A DNA stretch of 62,512 bases, the filler included, from Choristocarpus tenellus KU-1152 (taxonomy: Eukaryota; Protista; Phaeophyceae), in assembly GCA_964200185.2 (NCBI GenBank). It is 13 parts of 13 records of this genome, joined end to end, with 100 filler letters (N's around TTAATTAATTAA, not from the genome) between each part and the next. Parts side by side here need not be neighbours in the genome. Positions count along the whole stretch, not along the records: positions 36,214 to 42,607 come from CAXNAD020008229.1; positions 42,708 to 47,190 come from CAXNAD020014347.1; positions 47,291 to 50,995 come from CAXNAD020018411.1; 10 more parts are not named here. The stretch is one strand, 5' to 3'. Both the position numbers and the translations under genes were made by a program. The notes under the pieces are model-generated. The model was not told the DNA's origin. It made no database searches and saw only the letters and a program-made list of their open reading frames with translations. Positions 36,214-47,405 of the stretch are shown here, in pieces. Each line of letters opens with the position of its first letter. Position 1 is the first letter of the stretch.

Positions 36214-36271
36214 ACATGAAAAACTTGACCTCAAATTGACAACCGCCACCCCCTCCCAGATACTTTGAGCC
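36214..36271 (-). mobile_element. MITE family A end, cut by spacer
   Basis: AACCGCCACCCCCTCCCAGATACTTTGAGCC. Confidence 0.8.
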
Positions 36272-36286
36272 TATTTACATGCTTAC

Positions 36287-37256
36287 CTCTGCCCCTCTCA
36301 GTAGCTCATCCCGACCTTCATTGATACATGAGGCTTGGGCCATGAGAGAGGAGATTTGGGTCTTTACTTCTTGTATTTCAGCTTCGTACTGGCTGTGGAC
36401 CTGATTGGTCGCCTGGCGCTCTTTACGCATATGGTTGATGTCTTCTTTAAGCTTGCTATTCCCATTCACAATGTTGCTATGCCGAATCTTGAGCTGGAGA
36501 AATAGAGATATACAAAGGTGTTATTTAGTTCCCTTTGCTCACTGAGGATGTGTAGTATCGATTGACTATCGTTCACTTCGGTTACATAATGATGGGCTTA
36601 CCAGCAGTTTCAATGCACCATGTGAAAAACGAATCAACCTGTTCTCCTTAAAGTGACTACCCTTTGCTTGCCTTATTGAGGCGTGCCTCCATATTTTCTA
36701 CCAGCCTCTTTTGGTTTCGGTCCGCTTGCTTGGTCGGGTCGAGGCCATCGGCTCGCTGATGGGCTGGATTGGGAGTGAACCTGGCGGGCATTGATGCATG
36801 GCAATGATTCGCCATGATATCTCTCGAAGGAAAAACATGATCCGTCAAGCATTGACCTTTCAGTAATAATAGAAAGGTCAGGAAACGCAGCGACTACACA
36901 GTGCAGGCAACCAAACACTGTCTGCCACGCCTTGGATGCCCATTGGCCTACTAAACCGGTGCCTGTGAAGGTTAAGGACATCCACAGCTCCCGTCTTGGT
37001 CTTCAGTCGGTACTCTTCGATTCCTAGAAGCGCCTGCCACAGTGCCTGGTGAAGAGTGAACGGGGACTATATTTATAAGCAACTCATGAGACTGAAATAT
37101 AGGATGAGGGCATTAATCTTTCATCTTGGCGCTCCTTACCTCATCAACATCCTCAACTCGTCGTTGCTCCATGATCATCTGGCGAGCGAACACATCGCCC
37201 TTGACCTGGAGCTTAGCTATGTGGTCAGCGATGACCTTCTGCTCCCGGAGGTTCAT
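36287..37256 (-). CDS. ODAD1/CCDC114/CCDC63-like outer dynein arm docking coiled-coil protein (5' part)
   Basis: Exons 37256-37140 (IAKLQVKGDVFARQMIMEQRRVED), 37045-36957, 36780-36672 (ENMEARLNK) and 36493-36287 (LKIRHSNIVNGNSKLKEDINHMRKER; compare LENRLDK...NxxLREEIDxLRxER). Intron 3 is GC-AG. Start codon uncertain. Confidence 0.8.
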
Positions 37257-37540
37257 GATTGATTCGTTACCCACACTCTTGGGCTTTGAAGTGCTTGTCG
37301 CAATATTCGCTCGGTCTAACTGGGCTTTTTGTCTCTAGTCCCATGAAACCAAGATGGAATGCACGCAACTTGAAGGGTCGATATTTAGGAAAAGAGTGAA
37401 TCACATTTGAATATTTTATTAACGTTACACGCAAATCCCTTCCTACTTTACTATCAATACCAACAATTTTGAAATGTGGTGTAAGTTAGGGGTGTATAGG
37501 TAGTGGAAATAGGGGTCTAGAGGCCAAAGCATGTTGAGAC
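37257..37540. promoter_or_regulatory. Putative bidirectional promoter (284 bp) between the ODAD1-like gene and PrimPol
   Basis: Divergent predicted ATGs at 37256 (-) and 37541 (+) on the same contig. Confidence 0.5.
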
Positions 37541-40227
37541 ATGGCAGCATTGGGTGGAGAAAGTATTGCAGAAATCGATTTGGAAAATGCGTTTCTTCGG
37601 GAGGTAGATTTGTTGGAGGCAGCCGCAGCACATGGAAAGAGCATGTCCCGCCTGAATGTTCAACCAGGTCAACCTGTAACAGCAGCAATCAAGGCAAGAA
37701 GTCAGTTCAGCATAACAGGGAATAACTGCCTATTAATGACAACCCGTGGTGCTGGAGATCTCCAAAAGTGTGAAGTGAATATTAACTCTGAGGCAAGCAC
37801 AAGGAAGGCTTATAGGTGGAGGGTGATGGGAATTGGAGTGAAAGACTGGTATACAGCTGATAAGGAAGACATCGGAGAGGTGAGGTCCGCTTGCCGTTGT
37901 GAAAGATGTTTTACTGCATCACAAATAAAACTCAAACCATCATTTACCAAGGCTATCGCTGGCCATCTATCCCAGGACTGAGCTGTGTTACTGTTAGCCC
38001 TTCAAAATCTCCATTCCTAGAGTCGGATTGCCACTATACTCCCGAGCACACGTGTCGTCCCCAGTGAATTCTCTGCCAAAGTGATCCCTTGCATATCCTG
38101 ATCTGCTTCGGGTGCGTTTTCATGATAGGGAATTCTGACGGTCTCTTGTCAAGGGGAGCCGAGTAATTTGCAACTTCTGGAGCTGGTCGTGACAGTATCC
38201 AACAGCGGTCACATGATGGAGATCCCATGGGAAGCCCTGTGAGTTGACTTTCACTGACTATACTTGCTCCCAAGATGCACTTATTGTACCCGTTGACAAA
38301 AAAGAGAAACTTAGAGAGATGAGATCTTTGTAGTAAAGGTCTCGCCAATATCGATGAACCTGACTCCTCGGCGAAGGTTTGAGTTAGGTTTCCTATATTA
38401 GTACGGTGTACAGGAGACTTTGATAAGCTACTGGAAATGTGTTTGTTTATCGCCTCCCTTCCCAATGCCATAGCTTCCAATTGCTTCATGCAGTCACCCT
38501 ATGTTATACTATGGACCGACACCCTATTGATCCAGATTTTGCTGGAAAGTTGCTCTGGCAGGCCCCAAGGCTCATAATTCACGACCCTCTCTAATCCCTG
38601 CCGCTATCAATCAAAGAGCATCAGTGGCATGGGCAGATGCACCAGAGCATACCTCTGTCTCGAGGCCTTTCGAGTCAAGAACGACCCTACTCCTGCACTT
38701 GAGCATCGGGTGCACAATGTCTTTGCAGGGTCTCCACTCCCTCGATGGATTTGAATGCCAGGCAACAGCTCAAACAAAGGACAAACGTCTGTCTCATTCA
38801 CCTCCGCCTGCTACCACTGAAGAAAATACAAGTGGGATACATCCAGAGGGTTCCAATCAGCAGACAGACAGTCTTGATTGCCAGTTCCTTTGTCAAGGCA
38901 TTCGAGGGGATGCCCTTCTTGCACAGCTTGTATCTGCTTTTTCCCCAGAAGAGAGAGGATTGTCCCCAACAACTGCAACGACGCACTTGAAGGAAAACGA
39001 CTTGAAGGAAAACGAGCAATCAGATCGCCCCGGACTGTCTTCTCACCCAGTTTGGGAGAGTGCTTTCCAGCAGGGGCAGACTGAGGGCACAGAAGTACTG
39101 CCAGAGGTGTGTGTGGTGAAGCATGACCAATCCTCTCCTCTGATCGCCTGTGATAAAGTGGAAACTGAACACGACAGTGCTGCTTCTCATGAGTTCAGAC
39201 CATGTCTGGGTAAGATAAAGGCAAGAGGAAAAGGAGGAAGGCACAGGAAAGGGAATGCTGCATTAGCGGGGCTGCAAACGCCTCGGGATGATTCCGATGG
39301 AGACATCCCCGATGAAGAGTGGCGGAGGTGAGTTAACGCTTGACGTCCTTAGTGCTGTTCTAAACTATGCTGTTTTGTATGCCGAACTTCTTTGTGCAGT
39401 GGATCCCTCATTCAATCTACACGTCGCTGCATCTGTTACAGAGGGTTTCTGTGATACTATCATTGTTCTCCTTACAACACACTTCTATTGGTACATGAGA
39501 CATACTATGTAGTATTTGATTCTGCTTCCATACTGCCTGATGTCTTGGTTATTTTTCCAGGCCAATGACCAATCGCAGTAACCAAACCGGCAAGCGCCGC
39601 AGGCTACACCGTGGGCGAGCCTGCCCCCCACCTGGACCGGGTGCAGTCGGAACTGGCAATTGTTCCAGGAAGAGGAGTACCTTGCAAGGGAATGAGAAGG
39701 TGTTAGGTGATGAGCAAGCCTTCAAGCATGGCAATTATGACAGCCCAGACAAAACAGTGCTCAGGGAGGAGGTAGGGCGGCCCCGTCGAATGACCAAGGT
39801 GGCCATGAGCAAGGCGGAGAAGTCCTGGCTTGCCTTGCGGAAGACACTTCACGAACGGTATCGGCAATTTAAGGATGCACTAAAGGCTAGTGAGTTGGAC
39901 AGTGCCCTGAAGGATGCACTAAAGGGATCTAGGGGAGGTGTTCTTCGTCCTGGCTTCAGGATATTCCACAGGCAGGAGCATGCTTTCACTCACATTGATG
40001 CCCTGGCTTCCAGCCTTGGGGTGTCTGAGGGTAACGATCTCAAGGTTTTCTCCTATGAGACCAACTCGACTGGCAGCAGGTAGCTGTCTCTGCAACAATA
40101 ATTGTTGATATTAGAGCGATCTGTTATTTGTAATGGTGCCCTACCGTGACATCTCATTTTTATTCAAGTATCATATTTTTCGGTTTGTTTTAAAGTTTTA
40201 AAGGTGCTGAAGCTGCACGACATAACC

Positions 40228-40262
<35 letters not shown>

Positions 40263-42607
40263 GGTGCCCTGCTATAGGATTTCAGGGTGGGAGATTGATA
40301 TCAGAGACCCCCCACCCCCCCAGGATAATACCTACTATATATACTCCTCTCTCACTCCCTTCCTCTTCCTTTTGTGCCCCACTTGCATCTGCCACACAGA
40401 AAGTTCATGGTGTGTGACCTGGAGCTATTCCAGCAAAACTACCTCAAGCACCTATCTGGATCACTCTTTCAAGACAAAACACTCATCAACCCCAGCCCTG
40501 GTCCAACACAGAATGGAAATGATCTTGAGCATGGAGAGTCTCACACTCCCTCTACAGGTCACAGTCGTAGGGAATGTCAAGAACCCCTTGAAGAGACAAT
40601 TCAATCCTCAACAGCATCACCAGGCCCGCCTTCATCCTCGCCACCAACACCATTGTCCCCATTGCCTTCCAATACAAGTATAACCTCCCAAACCTTTTCC
40701 CAACTGAGGAACCAATCCCCCTACAAGATCCCTTCATCGCAGGGTCAAGGGAACCAACCTGGAATGTTTCCTGGACCAGAGCGTGAGCAGGACAAGGCAG
40801 GAGGAATAGGAGTAGGAACCCTTGGCGGGCCTGTGGTGACTTGCCTCCAGCATGTATATGAGATTATCCGTGATGGTGTGCCTTGCCGGATGTACTTTGA
40901 TCTGGAGTTTGCCCGGGCTCACAACCCGGGTCTTGATGGGGAAGCCCTCGTGAGGACCTGGATAAATATTGTTGCAGGTGGAGGATGATAGAGGCACAAA
41001 TCGATTGATGGGCTGTTAGGGTGTAGTAGTGGCAGTTTCGGGGGCTAGGTTATACCCCCTGGATTGACTGAATCCTTGAGACCTTTGTCTGAGCCTTGTG
41101 TTGCAAGAAGGTTCTTGTCTTGCTTTATGTGAACATTGGTGAGCAGGGGGTCTGGGAGACAATTCATCGAGGAGATTAATTGATAGCACATGTTTTCATG
41201 TATTGCTGGTGTCAGCACTAAGTAGGTATATACTTCAGTGGTTAATTGAAAATAGGGGAAGGGATTATGTTCAGGTGTAAGACCTATGCCAAGAACCTGT
41301 GAAGTTAGAACCCCCCTCTACCACTTTACCTACTGGGCTTTCTGTGCCCCTCTCTCCTCACATTTGTTCGCAGGCAAGCTCTATCAAGACTACAGCATAG
41401 AGGTGGAGGATTCGGATTTTCTCGATCTTGACTCATCCACGCCCAAGAAGTTCAGCCGGCACCTCATCCTCCACTTGCCTCGGGGCCAGGTTAGGCAGGC
41501 AACCCTTGATGGGTTCCGCTGGTAGAGAGTGGCTGTAATCCCTGCCCTGAGCTTGTAGAGATGGCTTGCATGCTTGTGTGTGCATGTGAGAATCAATGTC
41601 CAGTGATGCAATGCGTATCATTGTGCTCTGGAATGAAAAACCTGGGCAATGCCAAGCTTCCTGTGTGCAAGACAGGAAGGCGTTGCATTTTTGAACCTAA
41701 GATGAGATTAGGAAGGTTTGAATCCGCGCCATGTATGCTTCGTGAACCTTCCAAATTGGGAAGGAGGCTGTGTTGCTCATGTGATGCTACCTCACTTTCT
41801 CTCCCTCTCGTTCTTTCCCCTGCGCCCGTACCTTCACGTGGTGTCGTAAAACACCAACGCCATCCCGCTCTTGAGGAAGAGCCCCCGAATGGAACTGACG
41901 AGGGGCGTGTGTTACACAAATACAACAATGTTCTGCCTGGCAACAAACAGTACAGTTTAAATAGTGCAGTCAGGCATCTTTTTCGAGAACCTCAACCATC
42001 TCCTGCTAATGGTACAAACACGCCAAAACAAACACACTACCTCCTGTCTTCCTTCTGTGCATCTCCCCCCCCCCCCCTTCCCCCCCCCCCCCTTTGGGTG
42101 TCCCCCTTCCCCTTCACCTGTTCGCAGACAACTCCCATGTTGGCCGTTTTGTCAACGATCTCGCCTCCGATCTAGAGGCAACGTGTCCAGGGCCGATGTC
42201 ATCGCCTGCCACAGAAGGGCACTCCTTGAGTGGGTCGCTCCCCGCCCCCACCAATGTGTACATAGACAGTGGCAACGACCCCAGCTTGGAAACACACCCA
42301 GTCTCCTCCCTGTCTCCCATGGAACGCCCGAACAGACAACATTTGACAGAAACACTAACACCTGCCATGTCAGTATTGGATGAGGGCGAGAGGGGCCAAA
42401 AAAAAGCGGCCTGCAGTCAAGGCAGCATGGCAGCTGGCTCAAAAGGGAGAGGAAGGCAGGTGGAACGTCTTCTTGACTCAACCCTGCATCCAGCACCAGG
42501 AGAGAGCAACACAGGATGTTGCGGGGGCCGGGGCGATGGAGACAGTGGTGGGGGAGGAGATGGTGGGGGCGGGGGGGCGCTGGAACAGCTGTGGGTGAGA
42601 GCAGAGG
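37541..42607 (+). CDS. PRIMPOL: PrimPol (AEP-superfamily primase-polymerase, CCDC111-like), 3' end beyond spacer
   Basis: Core exons 39561-40079 (FSYETNSTGSR), 40400-40977 (RKFMV...HVYEIIRDGVPCRMYFDLEF; motif A DxE), 41374-41489 (LDSSTPKKFSRHLILHLP; motif B SxH) and 42118-42607 (LFADNSHVGRFV). N-terminal low-complexity exons at about 37541-37815 and 38617-39327 are less certain. Confidence 0.92.
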
Positions 42608-42707
42608 NNNNNNNNNNNNNNNNNNNNNNNNNNNNNNNNNNNNNNNNNNNNTTAATTAATTAANNNNNNNNNNNNNNNNNNNNNNNNNNNNNNNNNNNNN
42701 NNNNNNN

Positions 42708-42914
42708 ACCTCAACACCTTTGTGGTGGAACGTTTTAGGCGCCTCAGCAAGCAAGGAATGCTTCCTGGATGAGCTGGCTACCCACATGGTAGGAGGGAGA
42801 GGAGCGGGAGGATATGGCAGGAAAGGAGTACTTAAATCCAGCCTACGACAAATTGTTTCGGTGACTACGGAAGTGTCATTGTCTCGACGTGTCATGCGTT
42901 TTAAGCTGAAATAA
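42708..42914 (+). mobile_element. Possible 3' end of a restriction-like-endonuclease non-LTR retrotransposon ORF
   Basis: PL..E..RLSKQG / FLDELATH...RKGVLKSSLRQIVSVTTEVSLSRRVMRF resembles the C-terminus of CRE/R2-type ORFs; frameshifted. Confidence 0.35.
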
Positions 42915-44434
42915 CCGTGAAGATGGGCACGGGGGGATCTGTTGGATTCCATGGATGCTTCCATAGCTCCCTCCCTGGGGCACAGGAGTAGCTAGATGAA
43001 AAAATAAGGAAGACAGTATACATTTGATAGTGGTGAAGTAACTAGTTAGTGGTTTCCACACTTACAATGTATTATAGTGTTCTTATGTTTAGGATATAAT
43101 ATTTCTTTAGGGCTAATAACGAAATATATATTTAGTTTTGATTGGTTTCCCCCTGACAAATCTGCAAAATATCAGAGGAGGGCCTATTAATAAATAATAT
43201 ACACTTGATCAGCACAGATAACGTATCCTTACAAGGATAACACTAGGTTGTTCGACACACATACCAGGAGCTCCATGGTGATTGGGGCGGTACACGGTGA
43301 GACGTCCTGTGAAGGGTACTCCAACGAGAAATAAGATCACCCTGCCTAGGTGGGCAGTATTTATTGGCAAGGGGCATTTTGACGTTTCACCTGACACGCG
43401 TTTAGGGAGCAAGACCAGCATACATGCCGTCAGGAGTCTGGTGGCGAAGAAGGGGAGGTCCGGTCCGCAAGAGGAGATGGTGCACGATTGATCATGTAGT
43501 GTGTGTTGCAGCTGGAGAGGCAGTAAGTACAGAGACCGACCCAATCCATGGAAATGCCAGGATAATGGTTCTGACACACGTCAAGTTTGCAATAATATTG
43601 ATTCTTATGTTTCTTGGGGGGAGGTTGTCAGGCATAGAACGATTTCTGGAAAATTTATTTCAAGTAGTATTGGTCTGCTAGGAGGAGGGTCAGGTTTGGA
43701 GTTGTTGAACAATGCAGTCTTGGAATATAAAATTTCGGTTGTTGCTTCACAGAATATATGTTGTTGGAGGGTATGGAGTAGGCTGCTTCGTGTTTCGTAA
43801 CTCTCCTGCTGCAGGAATGAATAGATCACTGGTGTAAGTGTTACAAATTTGAATGGCCAAATATTCTATCCACGAGGTTAAGGTCAGGGCTTTATTATCA
43901 AGGTGTGGAATGGAGTTCTTCGCTACTTCGTTAACCAACAATTATACCCTGAACCAAGTGATCCCCACCCGTCCATCCGTCCATCTGTCTATGTGTCTGT
44001 CTATACGGCTTTGTTATCAGTAATGGATCTCTTCCTCACATGTCTTCTCGACCGTACTTCATGTGATAAGAATATATTACAGATTAGGGCGACTTGAATC
44101 AACTCTACCTTTATCGCTGTTAGGAGCTCTCCTCTGTGTATCGTGTATTTGATTGGCACCGTCTTCATGGCACAGGGTACCACCTCTCATATTCGTGCGT
44201 GTGGTTGCGCATTAACCAAGCACACGAGCAGACGCTGAGATAGAGAGAAGAGACCTGGCAGTTGTTATATACATAATAACCACATGCAGGTAGAGCGGAC
44301 GATGGGAATTGCTAAGAGAGTAGTTTTTGACGGATGTTGGTAGTGTTTGAGGGGCACCTGTTGTGAAGGTTGCGCCCGACTTGAGCTAGCTCTCAGATGG
44401 TGTTCTCATTGGTGGGCACAAAAATAGACCCACC

Positions 44435-44694
44435 GAGCCAAAGTATGTTGGAGGGTAGAGCCTTGTCCATCTTGGGGCCAAAATCCAATGTTGCGATTTT
44501 GATGTAATTTGGACTATCGTGTTTGTTAGCAAGTGTCAATATCCGTGTTCCGGACACACCTTTTCATAACATATACACTTCACCCGGTCCTAAACATTTT
44601 TGAGTAGGAAAAATGTTGTAAGAGAACCCATGGGAAGCCAAGCCCCAAATGGACATACAGGGCAAAACTCGTACCCTCTGTGATACTTTCACTC
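44435..44694 (-). mobile_element. MITE family B, complete
   Basis: GAGCCAAAGTATGTTGGAGGGTA...TACCCTCTGTGATACTTTCACTC; flanks ACC/ACA. Confidence 0.92.
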
Positions 44695-45635
44695 ACAAGG
44701 AAGAGAGTTGTACTGTTATTGGACATAGATGGACCGACAGACAGACGGATGGGCGGACAGGAATCAGTCGTTCTTCACACGGTACGTACACGACGAGGGG
44801 GACCTAAAGAGGTTTCCAAAGGTCGCTTTGTGGGATTGTGATTCCATAGTCATGTCTAAACGGAGCTGTGGTCAGAAATGTAGCAAGGGTGAGCCTGTTC
44901 AACTTTCAACTTCGAGAGGGGGGAATGATCCCTAATCATTACTATTTATCACAGTCCTATCCCATGGCCTGATTCATGCCCAGGATTTGCTACACCCTTT
45001 CAACCTTGAATGGTATTTGGGGCAGTACTCGACCTTATCCTCCCTTCTCTTCACTTCAGGGAGGTTGACTACTTTGATTTGAGTAATGATTAATACTATT
45101 GTTGTGGCACAATTTCAGTCACAAGATACGATAAATTTGGCATGTGCATGAGCAACGTTAATACGGCTAGTTTGGGAGAGAAGGTGGGGGGATTTACTCA
45201 CAGCAGGTGTGAGTCGGCTCAAGTATCATTTCCGCAGGGAGGATGGTCGCTAATGCTGTCGTTTCCTTGGGCTTTCGTGACCGGGATTACAATACCCTTT
45301 CAATGAACCCTTGTTGATTGATCCTTGAGTGGGTCTTCTCGCATTATTCTCCCTTCTGGACTTCGGGAACGGCATTTTCGGACACGACGTTTCAGGCTGC
45401 CTTGAGCGGATGTGACATGTCCTTGTACTCCGAAGAATATCCGTGTGAGAGTTGGGGTTTTGGGCTATCATTGCTCACAAATCCGGTTTAGTGCCTTACG
45501 TACCAGTCCTCAAATATTTTGTTTTTTGAATGGTACCCATTTGGGGGGTGTCAGGATTGGTTGGGGTAGTGCTTGAAAGAGGTGGATAGTTTGATTTTTT
45601 CTGAGTGAAGGTATTTCAGAGGGTACGAGGTTTGC

Positions 45636-47190
45636 CCTGTTCCTGCTACAATATCTCCAAACGAGATGGCTGCCGGTCCTTCAATTGCACCCTGAGCCAC
45701 ATCAGCAAAGAAGTCAATATTCCTCTTCACATCTTCCTTGGTGCCGAGCAGTGTAAGGTGACCTCCAACAATGATGTCGAAGTCAAACTCTTGCAATGAG
45801 GGAAACGAGGATTCGAGAGACAGGAGCGATGAGAAACTTCTATTATGGCAGATGTACCGATACTACTTGAGGAGGGAGATGGTGGAAGTGGGGCTTGAAC
45901 GTTGAGGGGGTATATGCACCTGCGTACCATAGTGACAACAGTGAACCCTCACCCTTTGTCGATAGTGGTGTGGAACCTCTACACTACCTCATCGCTACAA
46001 TTCTCATCTAGTCCATTCTAGTGCCGAAAGCTTCAACTTCACAGGTACGTTACAAATCTGCAAATATGGTACTTCACACAAACTCGTTGTTAAGCTTGAC
46101 AGACTTTGGGAGCAGACACAAGCAGCAGGATATCTCATAACTGGAAGCTGAAACGCCATTTAAAATATTGCTTGTTGTGGGGGAGAGTGACACAATGTTG
46201 CAAAACCGTGCTACTAACAGGCTTAGATAATCTAGTAAGGAGGCTGGTCAGCATCTTCATTCTTAAATCATTTTCCAATCCGATCCCTTAGCTAACACAT
46301 ATACTTCTCAACCACAAGAGTCTTCAACGTTTTACCTTTTCTATGATTTGCAACTCACCGTAAATCTTGTCCAGACCCCTCAAATAGTCACCAGCATCTG
46401 AGGCAAGAGCCAAGTTGAAGAATGGTATCCTGCCATCACACATGGATTTGAGGTGGATATTACTATCTTATTGTAGGAGTTGCACATGCACGATGCTCCA
46501 GGGTAACAATCCTGTCTTTAGTGTGTTGATTGTGCATGATGGCATGTATCAAACACCATGGTGCCAGGACCCCTCTACTCAACAACTTCCTCCCACATAA
46601 ATCATTTGCACAATATTACTCTGAATAAAGTGTTACCTACCTCATTTTTGTTTGCGATCTCACTCCCAAGTACAAATACACACCCAAACATATAGGTTAC
46701 TCACCACCCAGGGAAGACCGTATCTACCACCATGAGGACGGACTGGGTGATACCTTCAAATACGGTATTTGGGCAAGTCGTGGCAGCAAAAGGAAGGTTG
46801 TGAGATAACAAAGGTCTGTGGAAGGTACTGTAGATTTGTTTTATGCACGAAGAAGAGGGAGGGAAACAACCAACGTACAACAGGCACAGCAACAGAGATT
46901 GCATTGCTTACGACAAGTTCCTTCCTATGTGCCATCGTATCGTGAATAGAATTGAAAGTATGATCACTTCGGATGTATGCCAATCTTGCATCTACTACCG
47001 CCATGATACCTCTCCATGACATCAACAAAGAGTGAGCCCCTGTATGTCCTTGCCATGTCACTCGACACTGACCTCTCTTATAGTTCGAGTGCCTGGTCTT
47101 GTCCAGATACACGGTGATGTCGCCGGGTTGGTGTGCCCCTAGCTCTTCAAGCTTAAACTTGAGTCCCCCAACCTCGATACTCTTACGATC
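45636..47190 (-). CDS. Metallo-beta-lactamase-fold hydrolase, internal exons
   Basis: Phase-consistent exons 47190-47073 (IEVGGLKFKLEELGAHQPGDITVYL), 46753-46705 (VLMVVDTVFPGW), 46429-46359 (IPFFNLALASDAGDY) and 45789-about 45636 (FDFDIIVGGHLTLLGTKEDV). These carry the MBL His, Asp and His motifs; the HxHxDH exon is outside the contig. Confidence 0.85.
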
Positions 47191-47290
47191 NNNNNNNNNN
47201 NNNNNNNNNNNNNNNNNNNNNNNNNNNNNNNNNNTTAATTAATTAANNNNNNNNNNNNNNNNNNNNNNNNNNNNNNNNNNNNNNNNNNNN

Positions 47291-47346
47291 TGGTCCAAAT
47301 GGAAACCCTGGCTTAGACCTCACCCCCCTCCCAGATACTTTGGGTC
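47291..47346 (+). mobile_element. MITE family A, right part
   Basis: GGTCCAAATGGAAACCCTGG...CCCAGATACTTTGGGTC. Confidence 0.8.
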
Positions 47347-47405
47347 CTAGATGTAGTATTTCCTTTATTTTCTCCAGTAATAGACCTATCCTCCACCCCA
47401 CCGAC

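Noticed and set aside
43209-43800. Cluster of short ORFs, possible helicase relic
   Set aside because: Motif similarity too weak to call.
47125-47145. Suspected frameshift in the MBL exon
   Set aside because: Re-reading shows four Gs on the coding strand; the frame LGAHQPGD is intact.
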